From positions 1-39,245 of the forward strand of contig JWZX01003316.1 in assembly GCA_001275005.1 (NCBI GenBank): DNA of 39,245 nucleotides, written 5' to 3'. The number at the start of each line of letters is the position of its first letter. Position 1 is the first letter of the stretch. Positions 9,251 through 19,806 of the stretch are shown in pieces. The notes under the pieces are model-generated. The model had not been told where the DNA came from and ran no database searches. It saw only the letters and a list, made by a program, of their open reading frames with translations. The position numbers were made by a program, and so were the translations under genes. Source of the DNA: Chrysochromulina tobinii (taxonomy: Eukaryota).

Positions 9251-10228
9251 ATGCTGTTTTACGCCGCCGCGCTCGCGATGCTTCCTTCAACAAGCGCTGT
9301 TACCAGTACCGCGACGAGCGGCACCGCGCTGCGAGGCGTAGGCACATTTGCGAGCCGCAGCAGCGCGCCGCCGACCATGGCGTCAAAGGTGTCGTTTGCC
9401 AAGTACCATGGTCTGGGCAACGACTTTGTGATGATCGACTGCCGCGAACAGGGCGAGCCCGTGCTTACGCCCGAGCAGGCGGCGCGAATGTGCGACCGCA
9501 ACTTCGGGGTCGGCGCCGATGGCGTCATCTTCGTGTTGCCCTCCGACGTACCAGAGGCGCAGACTCGCATGCGTATCTACAACTCGGATGGCTCCGAGCC
9601 GGAGATGTGCGGAAACGGCATCCGCTGCATGGCAAAGTTCGTCTCCGACATCGACGCATCGCGTGCCGCACGCGGCGCGATCGCCACAGGTGCTGGGTTG
9701 ATCGTGCCCGAGCTTCAAGCGGACGGCACGGTGCGCGTTGACATGGGCGAGCCCTTCCTGCTCGCAAAAGATGTTCCTACCTCACTGCCCACCGATGCAC
9801 TTGGTCGCGCCATTGAGGCGCCGCTTACGGTCGCAGGCAAAGAATGGAAGGTTACGTGCGTCGGCATGGGCAACCCGCACGCCATCGTCTTCGTGGACGA
9901 CATCGACACTCTCGATCTCGCCGCGGTCGGCCCCCTGTTCGAAAAACATCCAGTCTTCCCGAAGAAGACGAACACCGAGTTCGTGCAGGTCCTTTCGCCT
10001 ACCCACCTACGGATGAAAGTCTGGGAGCGCGGTGCCGGCCCGACCCTCGCATGTGGCACAGGTGCGTGCGCTCTCACTGTTGCTGCCGTGCTCGTCGGGA
10101 AGGCAGAACGCACGTGCACGGTCACTCTGCCCGGCGGAGATCTGCGCATCGAGTGGTCGGAGGCAGACAACCACATCTACATGACAGGGCCAGCTCAGCG
10201 AGTTTTCGGCGGCGAATATGCCTTCTGA
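9251..10228 (+). CDS. dapF: Diaminopimelate epimerase, plastid-targeted precursor
   Basis: [46 protein letters not shown] and [18 protein letters not shown]; both catalytic Cys are present. The N-terminus [16 protein letters not shown]...RSSAPPTMA resembles a signal plus transit peptide. The first ATG is 9251. Confidence 0.96.
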   Translation: MLFYAAALAMLPSTSAVTSTATSGTALRGVGTFASRSSAPPTMASKVSFAKYHGLGNDFVMIDCREQGEPVLTPEQAARMCDRNFGVGADGVIFVLPSDVPEAQTRMRIYNSDGSEPEMCGNGIRCMAKFVSDIDASRAARGAIATGAGLIVPELQADGTVRVDMGEPFLLAKDVPTSLPTDALGRAIEAPLTVAGKEWKVTCVGMGNPHAIVFVDDIDTLDLAAVGPLFEKHPVFPKKTNTEFVQVLSPTHLRMKVWERGAGPTLACGTGACALTVAAVLVGKAERTCTVTLPGGDLRIEWSEADNHIYMTGPAQRVFGGEYAF

Positions 10229-10667
10229 TGGACTCGAGGCCAGACACTCGCGAATCGGGCACCCACGCATCCGATCGTGTGTCAATCTGGGCATGAGGGA
10301 TTGCCGCGGAGTCTGTGCGCGAGTGTCAGAAGTCAGATGGCAGGGCGCTGCTCCGGTCCGGGGTTTCATAAACGTCGAGTAGTCGCCGGGCGGGTCCGGG
10401 CGGTGCCGTAACAGCCCGTCTCTCCATGCGCGTGTAATAAGCGGTGCACACGCAACTTTGGGGTTGTTACTAGACACGTTTCACGCGCGCCCCGGCCTGG
10501 CCGTCGCCCAACCGGGACGCGGAGTCGGGACGCTCGCGTCGCTCGGCTCGGGACCACCGCGCGCCGCCGCGCGCCGGCCCAGCACGGTCGCGCACCCCCC
10601 GCGGCAACCGGCCGTGATCCGCGGCATACTACACGAAACAAAACGAAAACCAGACGCCCCGTGGACG

Positions 10668-10707
10668 GCGGTATCATCTCCCTGCGGTATACTCTCCCCG
10701 CGGTATA
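10668..10707 (+). repeat. Short tandem repeat, 16-nt unit, about 2.5 copies
   Basis: gcggtatcatctccct / gcggtatactctcccc / gcggtata. Confidence 0.6.
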
Positions 10708-10922
10708 GAACCCATCAACCAGATGCCACTGCCACCGTGCCGCACTGCCCACTTCCCGACACCATCGACGAGCACTGAACAGTGCGCACTCGCGCGCTCG
10801 TCCGCCGTTGCGCCGCCGACGCCTTTTTTCTTTCCCGCTTCGCACCTTGCGCTGTGTGCGGCGGAGCGACACCGCCACTGCCTGCGGCAGCGTGGCGGGC
10901 TTTCCCACGTAAGTTTGCGGAC

Positions 10923-12767
10923 TCACTGGACCGGGGAAGGATCGCAGGTGACTTCACCGGTGTACTTTCCCGCCGCCGTGTATGTCTTCATCTCGATTGG
11001 ATCCACTCGGAAGCCGCGGATGCTAACGGGCTCGGGTGCAGCCGCGAGCTCCTCTGGGGTCAACGCCACGAATTTGCAGCCAGCATTCTTGACCGTCAGG
11101 TTCTCTAGCGTGATCTCCTCTCCAGGCTTCGCCTTAACAATCAAGCAGCCATCCACGTGTACGTTCTTGAGAGTGATGCCTGCGCCCTCGAGTACGAGGA
11201 CCGAGCCGGGGGCCAAAGAGCCTCCGCTGACCTTGGACTTGCAGCCGACCGCAAACGAAGGCGAGAGGATAACTGCCGGAGGAATAGAGACCTTGATGCC
11301 CAGGAATTCGGCGTGGACGGGCTTTCCTATGGCCATGCCTGCGCCACCACACGAGAGAATGTCGCAGTTCCATTTGTAAAAGTCCATCTCACCTGCGGAC
11401 GCGCACGCTGGCTCGAGCCCGCTTTCCTGCTTTGCCTTTGCGTCCTTGACGTTGTTCTTGACGGGCGAGTACTGGCGAACGTACGTACGGTTGAGCGAGG
11501 TGAATCCGACCAACGCACCATTAGAATACAGACGTGGGAAGTCTTGCATCATGCACTCCAATCGTGTGGGCGACTTGAACGCCGTTTTGGTGCTATCTTT
11601 GTATTTGGGGTTGACGAACTCAGGTACCGCACCCTTGGACTCCTCAAGAGCGCCGTCGTAGGACTCAAGTTTGAAGACGAGCTCATTAATGCTCCCGGGC
11701 CATACAGAGAAGCCAGTGACGGGGTCGTTCACGTCGCCGTCCTTGAATTGCTCCGTTGCACGGAGCATCGAGTCGATCTGGTTGTACTCGACGTTGATCG
11801 TCAGGTCCTTGACGTCCGGGTTCTGGCTCTTGAGACAGCAGATGCCGCCGATCGCCTCGCCAGCGATCCGCGGCACGCAGACTGAGTTCATGTCAAACCC
11901 ATTCTTAACGGAGGCCCCGAGGCCAAGCAAGCAAGACTGGAGCGCGAAGGCGTTGGTGTCTTGGAAGATGAAGAGCCACTTCTTGCCCATCTTCCGCCAT
12001 TTCTTGACAGTCCCACTCATGTGCAAGAGGCTGTGCACGTCGCCGTGGCCGTGGGGCTTGGTCTGGATTTGAAACCCAGTCTCGTCTAAAGCGATGCGGC
12101 CGTCGTTGTCTTCGATGGAAGGGACCTTGCCTTGCATCAGTAGAGTTATCTGCCCCTCGGCCATTCCGAAGTTGCTGTGTGCCGCAAGCAGAGCCTTGGT
12201 ACGCGCATCGGTGTCCGCTGAGGTCATCATGGCGAGCGGCAGAGTGATGGAGTCATCCCTTCGTGTCTCGCGTGCGTACGCCTGGTACGCCAAGATTTGC
12301 TCGATGTAGTATTGGAGGTAGCAGCGGCCGGTGAAACTCTCCGTTGGCAGGCCCACCTTGATGTTGCTGTAGCCAAGCCGTTCGCCCAGGCCGCCCGCGA
12401 CGAGCATGAAACTGCACTCAGCCACTGAGTCCAGGCCCACCTGTTCCATGGCCGCCCATGCGTCAGTGTGTGCAGTCAACGTCTCTCCCATTGGAATATT
12501 CGGGCTGAATCCGGCAAATGCGTCGACTCCAGCCTTTGAATCAGCGAGAAGCTTGCGAGCATTCTTTATGTACTGCACGATGCCGCCTCCATATTTTGCA
12601 TCGGCCTGCATGATTTGCTGGATCAAGGCCTTCTTCTCAGCATCCTTCTCCCCGGGCGCGGGCCAGTTCTCGAAAAGATGGCCCTGCCCAGCCTTGACCA
12701 TCGAGGCGGCGAAGATCGCCTCTTCCGGACTCAGCACTGACGCGTTTCCTTCAAGGCCGCCACTCAT
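10923..12767 (-). CDS. USP: UDP-sugar pyrophosphorylase
   Basis: LVAGGLGERLGYSNIK, MTSADTD, QGKVP, TKPHGHGDVHSLL, FQDTN, INVEYNQ, EFVNPKYKD and FKSPTRLECMMQD. The first ATG is 12767. A TTGCAG acceptor at about 12831 means a small upstream exon cannot be excluded. Confidence 0.94.
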   Translation of the reverse strand: MSGGLEGNASVLSPEEAIFAASMVKAGQGHLFENWPAPGEKDAEKKALIQQIMQADAKYGGGIVQYIKNARKLLADSKAGVDAFAGFSPNIPMGETLTAHTDAWAAMEQVGLDSVAECSFMLVAGGLGERLGYSNIKVGLPTESFTGRCYLQYYIEQILAYQAYARETRRDDSITLPLAMMTSADTDARTKALLAAHSNFGMAEGQITLLMQGKVPSIEDNDGRIALDETGFQIQTKPHGHGDVHSLLHMSGTVKKWRKMGKKWLFIFQDTNAFALQSCLLGLGASVKNGFDMNSVCVPRIAGEAIGGICCLKSQNPDVKDLTINVEYNQIDSMLRATEQFKDGDVNDPVTGFSVWPGSINELVFKLESYDGALEESKGAVPEFVNPKYKDSTKTAFKSPTRLECMMQDFPRLYSNGALVGFTSLNRTYVRQYSPVKNNVKDAKAKQESGLEPACASAGEMDFYKWNCDILSCGGAGMAIGKPVHAEFLGIKVSIPPAVILSPSFAVGCKSKVSGGSLAPGSVLVLEGAGITLKNVHVDGCLIVKAKPGEEITLENLTVKNAGCKFVALTPEELAAAPEPVSIRGFRVDPIEMKTYTAAGKYTGEVTCDPSPVQ

Positions 12768-12922
12768 ACTGAAGGAGATTGTCTTTGCAATCTCGCTGGA
12801 CAGGCTCGGCTTTCTCGTTAGGCCAGGACACTGCAAAGTTGGACGACCTTGACGCGTAACCTGCTTTTGAGTTTATTGCTCTCACCACAACCTGTGATCA
12901 CGCGCTTTCCGTCGGTCGCGGC

Positions 12923-15469
12923 ATGTTGTCTTACTTTACGGGAGGGGAGGAGGACTCGGAGGACATCGTCGAGAAGCGCGTGCGTGTGCTGCGGCTGCAC
13001 GTCGAGACACTCACTCGCCAGGCGGAGGTGCGCGAGGCCGAGCTTGCTGCCGCGAAGGTAAAGCTCAAGGGCTTCGAAGCGCAGCAATCCGAGGCCGCGC
13101 CAAGGGAGAAAAAGCTCTTCAATAGGCTCGAGAAGCTCCAGGCCGAGCTGAAGCTCGCGCGCGAGCACCGCGCCGCGGAAGAATCACGCGCTGCCGACCT
13201 GGCGGCTCATCTTGAGCAGATAGTCGATGCAGCCAAGGGCGAGAATGAGACGCCCGGTACGAAGATCTTGCTCAAGGTGACGAACGAGCAGCTCGACGTG
13301 ACGCAGAAGGCTTTACAGCAAGCTCTGTTCCGCGCTTCGGACGCCGAACGGCAGGCAAGCGATGCGTCCGCCGAGGCGAAGCGCGCACAGGATCTGCTAG
13401 AGCAAGCCGAGCAGCGCGAGGCTGCGCTCGACCAGCGCTTGACCAAGCTCGTCGATAAGTGCTCTCAGGCGTCGACGCTGCAGCTGCCTCCGATGAGTAA
13501 AGGCAAGGATCTGGCGGAACAGCACCACATCCTGCAGCTCAGCTATCGGCATCTGCAGTCGGAGGTTCGTCTTAAGATGGCCGCGCTCGAGGGCCTGGCG
13601 CATCAACGCGATGAGCTGCGCAGCCTGGTGGATCAGCGGCTGCCGGCCCAGCAGGAACATCACCGCAAGCTGCGCGCCGAGCTCGCTCAGCAGAAGCAGG
13701 AGGCACACGAGCAGATTACAGCGATGCGCGAGTCACTTGAGCAGCACCTCGAGCACCTCGATGGGCTGCGGCGCGGCTCCATCAGCCAGGGCAGTGAAGA
13801 GCAAAACAACCTCGGCCCAGTCGCACGTGGACTTCTCGTAAGGTCGAGGGTGAGTGCGGCAGTACGAATGGGAGCGCTGCGCGCAGCTGGCCGCCGTGCG
13901 GCCGCGGCCGCGGCGTACGCCGAGCAGCGGAAGGCCGAGCTAAAGGCGCAGGCCGAGGCAGCTGCGATGGCAGCGGAGGACGCTCGCAGATCAGCGGAGC
14001 AGCGGGTCAAAGGCTTGGAGACAGAGATTGGGTTGCTGAGACGCGAGCTTGACGCAGCAGTGAGCGGGTCGGACGCGATACGGATGGCGAAACAGGAATT
14101 GGTGACGGCGCAAGAGGGGTTACTCAGTCAGATGCGAGCGCTCCAGGGCTCCTTGGATGCCTCGGAAGAGGAACTTCACAGAGTGCAGGCAGAGCGTCAC
14201 TCGCTGCGCGAGCAGCTCGACAAAGGTGCAAGTCGCGAGCATGAGCTCGCCGAGCAGCTTGCACGTGAGCAGCGTGCTAAACAGGCGAGCGTTGAGGAGC
14301 TGCACGAGCTGCGCCGCGCGATGCCTGGCACCGATCTTGAACAACGGCTGCACGAGGCGCGCGACGCAGCGGCTGCAGCTCGGAGCGAGGCAGCCGCACT
14401 ACAAATGCAGCTAGAGCAGGCTAAGAGCGCGCGAGACACTGCTGCACGGCGCGAAGCCGAGGCGCAGCAGCAGCTCCGTCGGGCAGAGGAGCGCGCCTCC
14501 CAGGCGACGCGCCAACTGCAGGCTGCCTCCACGCACAGCACTGCGCACCAGTCGCAGGCGCTCACTCAGTCTGGGCGAGAGTTGGAGGCGGTTCGCAGGA
14601 CAGCTGAGCTCGAGAACGAGTGCGCCCGTTTGCGACATGAATTGAACGAGCAGCGACAGGTCGTTCAGCGCCAGGGATTGCAAGCCCAGCCTGCTGCGAT
14701 GCAAGGCTCGGCTATGTTCGCGAGCCCGGCGGGTTTCCATAGCCCCGCAGCGCCGAACATGGCGAGCATGGCGAGCATGCGGGTGGCGGCTGATGAAGCG
14801 GCCCAGCTACGACAGCATTTGCTTCAGGCTCAGCAGCGTGAGGCCGCCCTGGCAGAGCAGCTTCGACAGACGCAAATGCTGCAACACTCGGGTGGTTCTG
14901 AGCACCTTGAGCATCTCGCAAACTCCTATAGGGCAAAGGCTGAGCAGCTCGCTCAGCAATTAGCAGACGAACGAAACGTCGCAGCGATGCAGGGGGAGCT
15001 TTGGAAGGAGCAGATGCAAGCACTTCGCACGCGCTCAAAGGCCGATAGAGAAAATGCACAGCAACTCGAGGAGCAGCTACGTGCAGTGCTCAATGGGGAT
15101 CATTCGACGCCTCGGCTACGTGCTTCAGCAGAAGGGCGAGGCACGCCTTCTACGCGCACGCCAGAGCCAGGTCCCGGCGACGAGCCACTGATTTTCGGTG
15201 GCGCTCGCGCACGCCCTGGAGGCTCTCGTGGATCCATCCCGATCCCCATTCCAATTATTCCAATGTCCAAGGATACCGTTAAGAAAGAAGTAACTAAAGT
15301 GCTTGGCGTCGTCGACAAGAAGGTGGACGGTGTGCTCGATAAGGTGGCCGATAAGATGGACGGTGTGCTCGATAACGCGATGGTCCGCATGGATAGCATA
15401 GTGGGCCGCTTTCAAGCCGCTCGCTCGAGCTTCACCGGGTATGACCAACCTCGCAGCTTGCTGGACTGA
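12923..15469 (+). CDS. Long coiled-coil protein of unknown function (848 aa)
   Basis: Uninterrupted ATG ORF rich in E/Q/A/L/R heptads. It has a Pro/Gly linker and an 11-residue repeat near the C-terminus. Confidence 0.8.
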   Translation: MLSYFTGGEEDSEDIVEKRVRVLRLHVETLTRQAEVREAELAAAKVKLKGFEAQQSEAAPREKKLFNRLEKLQAELKLAREHRAAEESRAADLAAHLEQIVDAAKGENETPGTKILLKVTNEQLDVTQKALQQALFRASDAERQASDASAEAKRAQDLLEQAEQREAALDQRLTKLVDKCSQASTLQLPPMSKGKDLAEQHHILQLSYRHLQSEVRLKMAALEGLAHQRDELRSLVDQRLPAQQEHHRKLRAELAQQKQEAHEQITAMRESLEQHLEHLDGLRRGSISQGSEEQNNLGPVARGLLVRSRVSAAVRMGALRAAGRRAAAAAAYAEQRKAELKAQAEAAAMAAEDARRSAEQRVKGLETEIGLLRRELDAAVSGSDAIRMAKQELVTAQEGLLSQMRALQGSLDASEEELHRVQAERHSLREQLDKGASREHELAEQLAREQRAKQASVEELHELRRAMPGTDLEQRLHEARDAAAAARSEAAALQMQLEQAKSARDTAARREAEAQQQLRRAEERASQATRQLQAASTHSTAHQSQALTQSGRELEAVRRTAELENECARLRHELNEQRQVVQRQGLQAQPAAMQGSAMFASPAGFHSPAAPNMASMASMRVAADEAAQLRQHLLQAQQREAALAEQLRQTQMLQHSGGSEHLEHLANSYRAKAEQLAQQLADERNVAAMQGELWKEQMQALRTRSKADRENAQQLEEQLRAVLNGDHSTPRLRASAEGRGTPSTRTPEPGPGDEPLIFGGARARPGGSRGSIPIPIPIIPMSKDTVKKEVTKVLGVVDKKVDGVLDKVADKMDGVLDNAMVRMDSIVGRFQAARSSFTGYDQPRSLLD

Positions 15470-16006
15470 ATCACCTACGAGTACCGCTCTCTTCTAGAGT
15501 CCGGTGGACCGGTCCGGGACGCGGCCCGGGCGCATACGGGGCGCATACATAATACATAAGGTCGTGCCTCGTGTGTGAGGCCTGGAGAGCACATCGCACC
15601 TGGTTCCTGGAGGCAGACCGGAGGTGTGCCGTGCGTGGTCGGGGAGAGAAACTCACTTCGACGCGCGCGGAACTCGATTTAGAATCCGTATGCCACTGAC
15701 TCTGAAGACAGTCACGCCACGGCCCCGTACGGTACAAAGAGGTCAACGGGCGACAAGGACCGGGCCGATATTGTATATACCGTCTACGCGACCGTTTAAC
15801 GACCGCTTGCGTGCTAGCACACTCGTTTGAAAGTCGTGCTACTCGTGGACTCGGGCGACGGGCCCACATGCACATCTCGCGACGGACGGGAGATACGTGA
15901 CTCGGCTCTGGCACCGCACGAGCCACGACGAGACGTCCGAGACGAGATCCGACGCGTCACGCGACCCCGTCATCCCGCCAACGCGGATCCGACGTCGCGT
16001 CGCGGA

Positions 16007-16957
16007 CTACTGAAGGACTGCAGCCCATCCTTCCTCAAGCGCGGGCATCGACGCGTTTTCGAGCGCATCGGCCATCGGCCCGATGAGTGCCTCCCACGCG
16101 TACTCAACCGCCACGCATTGCTTTGAAAGCTTGTAGAGCAGCTGCTTGCGCGCGCGCCGCGTCGAGCAGGGGGCCTCCAGGAATATGAGCGGACATCCCT
16201 CCACCATGGCGTCCCATAAATCAGCAAGGCTGTCACACCCGCAACGCGCCGCGCACGCCTCATCTGACAAAGCTGTGACCAGCACGAGCAGGGACATGTG
16301 CTCAACTACAGTCGGATGCTCGCTCATCGAAGCAAACGATGCCCCGCAAACCACAACCAGGCGGCGTGAGAGAGTCGCCTTCAGCTTAGCCCAACCTGAA
16401 ATCGTGTCTGCAGAAGACGTCAATGCACGTCCAGAAGGGATGCGGCATCGTGGCGGCCAGCACGCACGAAGTAAAGACTCATTGAGCATGTGTGCTCGAT
16501 CGAGGTCCGCTGCCTCGCGAGCAGCAGCCCTTTCGTCTTGTGCCGCGAAAGTGAGTACTGGAGCTGGAAGGTCAAGGGAGCCCGGGGGCGCCGGCTGCAC
16601 GTCGGGGTGGACCGGCATCGATTCTGCCGCACCAATTTGCTGTGCCAATGCCCAAAGCCCAGCTGAATCATGAACGCTCACCCAATGATGAGTCGACTCA
16701 TCACCGAGCGGACCCGATGGCTCGGGCAGGCTTTTCGACGACTCAGCCACGGCAGAGGACGGCAAAGGTTTGACAGCTAGCCACTCTCGGTGCCGTGCAC
16801 CGTTTTCTGTGGCGTGCCACCAATACCGATCGCCGTGCGCCAAAGGCTCACTTATAATTGGCAACTCGTCGGGTGCGGATTCTCGCTCTCGTGGGCGCTT
16901 GGCAATGCCAACATTCCGATCAGACGCAGCGTCCCAATCCTCGATGCTCTCTAGCAT
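16007..16957 (-). CDS. Hypothetical protein (about 316 aa)
   Basis: ATG at 16957 is preceded by an AT-richer, promoter-like stretch. The composition looks globular with many Trp and Cys. No family recognised. Confidence 0.6.
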   Translation of the reverse strand: MLESIEDWDAASDRNVGIAKRPRERESAPDELPIISEPLAHGDRYWWHATENGARHREWLAVKPLPSSAVAESSKSLPEPSGPLGDESTHHWVSVHDSAGLWALAQQIGAAESMPVHPDVQPAPPGSLDLPAPVLTFAAQDERAAAREAADLDRAHMLNESLLRACWPPRCRIPSGRALTSSADTISGWAKLKATLSRRLVVVCGASFASMSEHPTVVEHMSLLVLVTALSDEACAARCGCDSLADLWDAMVEGCPLIFLEAPCSTRRARKQLLYKLSKQCVAVEYAWEALIGPMADALENASMPALEEGWAAVLQ

Positions 16958-17504
16958 CGACCGAAAAATATGCAGAGAAAGAGACGAGTGTGAAAGAGGG
17001 CTGTTAAATGTAGAAAAGTTTGTCTTTAATTGCGTTGGAGGGGTGGGGTGCGTTGCTTCCCCGTGCACCGTGCTCCGGTGCTGGAAAAGTTAGTATATTA
17101 TTATTATGCCGCATACAGTTGTTCACACACACACTCATGGGGGCTGGGGGCCCCGGCGGAAGGCGAACCGACACGACACCCCGCATCCACCCCGCTTTGA
17201 TATTCGGATGCCCAGTCAACCCAGTCCCCAGCCCACCCGACTTCGCGCTTCCGAAACACAGGAAAGTCGGAACACGCAGAGCGCCCGAAGAGCTCTGGAG
17301 TTGCCTCGTCGCTCATTCAGGCCCAACCGCATGTGCTCCGCACAGCGGAGCACCACGACCCAGCCCGTGGAAACGCGCAGTGCCTGAAACGCAGCCAAAC
17401 CATGCACATGCCCACGCCCCTTCACGTTGCAGATCCCCATGAGGTTCCCGGGCTCACAATGTGCCAGCCGGAAGATGCGGATCAGTGCTGCGCCTCTACC
17501 GCGC

Positions 17505-19652
17505 TCAGCGCGGCGCTTTCGCAGCCTCGAGGAACTGCTGCAAGGCGTTGAGACGTCGGTCAATGTCCTGGATGTCGTCGGTTGCATCGTACTGCTGCGG
17601 CAGTGACGGCATGGGTCGCTTTTCGCCCTCGAACGGCACAGCCTTGACAGCACGCGGGCGCTCAGCGTCGTCGCTATGGCCGCGGTTCTCCTTGTGCGCA
17701 TCATCATATTTTGCTGCGTCGTTCTGACGCCCCGTGCGCGGCCGCGCAGAGGAGGAGACCCACTCCTCAGAGCTCGAACCTCTGTCGTCGGAGGTAATTC
17801 CATCTCGCCCGCGGCGGGCAAGGCCACGGCGGCGCGTCGCGTTCGGTGCTTCCTCGGTGTCGCGCTCGGGCCGTGGCGCGCCGGCACGCCCTCCCGAAGG
17901 ACCACGGCTAGCTGCTGCCGTCCCAGGTGGAAGGGCCGTGCGGCGCGTAGTTGTCTGGAGAAGCGCCTCGCGCGCAGCACGCTCGATCGAGGGCGGCGCT
18001 CCAGCACGGCTACGAGAGTCCCGCGAGGGGGGGCGACTGCTGTCTTGCGAGGAGGCTCGTGAGGCCGATTGGCTGCGATCGGCTGACCCAGCACGCGATC
18101 CGCTGTTCGACGCGGAGCGGCTGTTGCCTTCAACTGATGCGGACCGCGACGCAGGGCGCGACGTCGACCGGCTTCCGGCTGCGCCACGTTCCACAGAGCC
18201 CGCCCGCGACGACGTGGCAGAGCTCGCCACGGATGAGGCGCGCGAATTGGCAGTCGAGCGCGCCGCAAAAGGTACGCGCGACGCGCTTGCCGATGGCGGA
18301 CGCGAGCCGGCACGGCTGCCGGGCGCGGACGCCGTGCCGCTCGGCCGAGGGACCTGCCGGCTGCCATCGCGGGTGCTGCTGGCAGCCGTGCGGCGCTGCA
18401 CAACCTTTAGCTCGGCCTCCAGCTGACGCACGTGGCGACGCAGCCGCTCCTCCTCGCGCTTCGAGCGGCTGAGCTCGGAGTTGAGCAGGATGACCTCCTT
18501 CTTGTACTTCCCAAGCGCACGCTGCAGCGTCGTCACCTCTTCCGAACTTTGCTGTTCAACGCGCTGCAACTTGGCGCGAAGGCGCTCGACCACGCGCGCC
18601 TCGCCGCCTTGGGCCATGAGCTCCGACTGCAGTGTGGTCATCTGCTCCGCCTGCGTTTCGAGCTGCTGCGCGAGCTCCTCACTGCGCCGTCGCACCTTGG
18701 CAATCTCGCGCGAAGAGTCGCGCTGCAAGCGCTCGTAGGCGGCCTGCACCTCATCCTGCACAGCATGCAAGATCGACAAGGAGGTGTGATCAGTCCGGGG
18801 CGAGGGACACCACAGTACCTGTGACCGAGCCGGCGAAAGCGCCTGCGGCGGACGCGGGCATACGCTCGTGGGTTCGGCGTCACTCGCCTTTTCGCGCAAT
18901 AGGTCGTCGTATTGGCGCAGCAGCGGTCGCGCCGAGATTGATCGCGCGTCGTCGGGGTGCGAGGGCGTGATGGCCGCTGGTTGTGTAATGACCGCAGGTT
19001 GTGCTACGTAGACGGCACCTCGAGGCTGGACAACAGCTGCGGGAGCAGCCTCCCTCGGTGCCATCGGCAGTGGATAATGCACCCTGCGTATGGTGCAAGC
19101 GCATGCCCAGGTGAGACACACGTAGATGTGCATGCAAAACATTCGTTGTGTTGCACTGCGTCGGAGAGAGCACGCACCGCTCGTTGCCTGTTTGCGTCAG
19201 GATTACATAGCGCTTGTTATTCCCGCTAGGGGGCAGGCCAGCTCGGGCACAAGTGGACGCCGGCTGCCGGCCGCTCTTGAGTGCTTGCAGGTCAGCATAT
19301 GTGAGGATGTCAATCACGCAACTGCCACCTTCTTGTCCGACCAGCGCGTCGCGCAGCATTTGGATGAATGCAGGGAAGCGCCGAAAGTGGCCCGTCTTGT
19401 GCGTGATCTCTTCAATATCTGTGCGGGGCGGATAGAGGCAAGCACGGTCAGGACGGGGCTGCACGATTTAGGCGTCTGAAGGGGTCGCAGCTTCTGAGTT
19501 TTACATTTGGCCGGGAACGAAGCAGTCCACCCCTCGCCGTTCTCCTCGCGGCCATCGCTGAGCTGGAGCCTAAGCTGATCAGCGGTCACGGCTACCGAGA
19601 GTTCGTATGTGTGCCCACGGAGCTGCAGCGTGTTCATGGAGCTCATTGACAT
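17505..19652 (-). CDS. CCDC61: CCDC61/VFL3 (SAS-6/XRCC4-superfamily centriolar protein); exons 19652-19505, 19418-19178, 19083-18888, 18755-17505
   Basis: The spliced head domain reads WTASFPAK|YIEEITHKTGHFRRFPAFIQML..DILTYADL..KRYVILT..ER|VHYPLP, the CCDC61 signature. It is followed by a coiled coil, a Ser/Arg low-complexity region and a terminal DIDRRLNALQQFL helix. Confidence 0.9.
18756..18887 (-). other. Probable CCDC61 intron 3, 132 nt, GC-AG, in frame and stop-free
   Basis: AAG|GCGAGT...GTGCAG|GAT. Removal deletes a Pro/Cys-rich 44-aa insert and gives the continuous coiled coil YDDLLREK|DEVQAAYERL. Confidence 0.65.
19084..19177 (-). other. CCDC61 intron 2, 94 nt, GT-AG
   Basis: GAGCG|GTGCGT...ACGCAG|GGTGCATTAT restores ERVHYPLP. 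Confidence 0.9.
19419..19504 (-). other. CCDC61 intron 1, 86 nt, GT-AG
   Basis: AAAT|GTAAAA...GCACAG|ATATTGAA restores KYIEEITHK. Confidence 0.9.
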
Positions 19653-19806
19653 GATGTTGTCCACTGCTGCCGTATCGGGTCGAGAGCAAAAGGCGCGGGA
19701 AAAGTAAGCGTCACGCAGAGGAAGTTTGAGGAAGTTCAAGTTACAAGTATGGATAGCGCACGCAATCAACACCGTTGTCCACATTCCGTTCCGATGATGC
19801 GGAATC

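Noticed and set aside
17334..17354. 9-bp hairpin GTGCTCCGC-aca-GCGGAGCAC downstream of CCDC61
   Set aside because: It is an isolated GC-rich stem compatible with chance, with no tRNA, snRNA or SECIS features around it.
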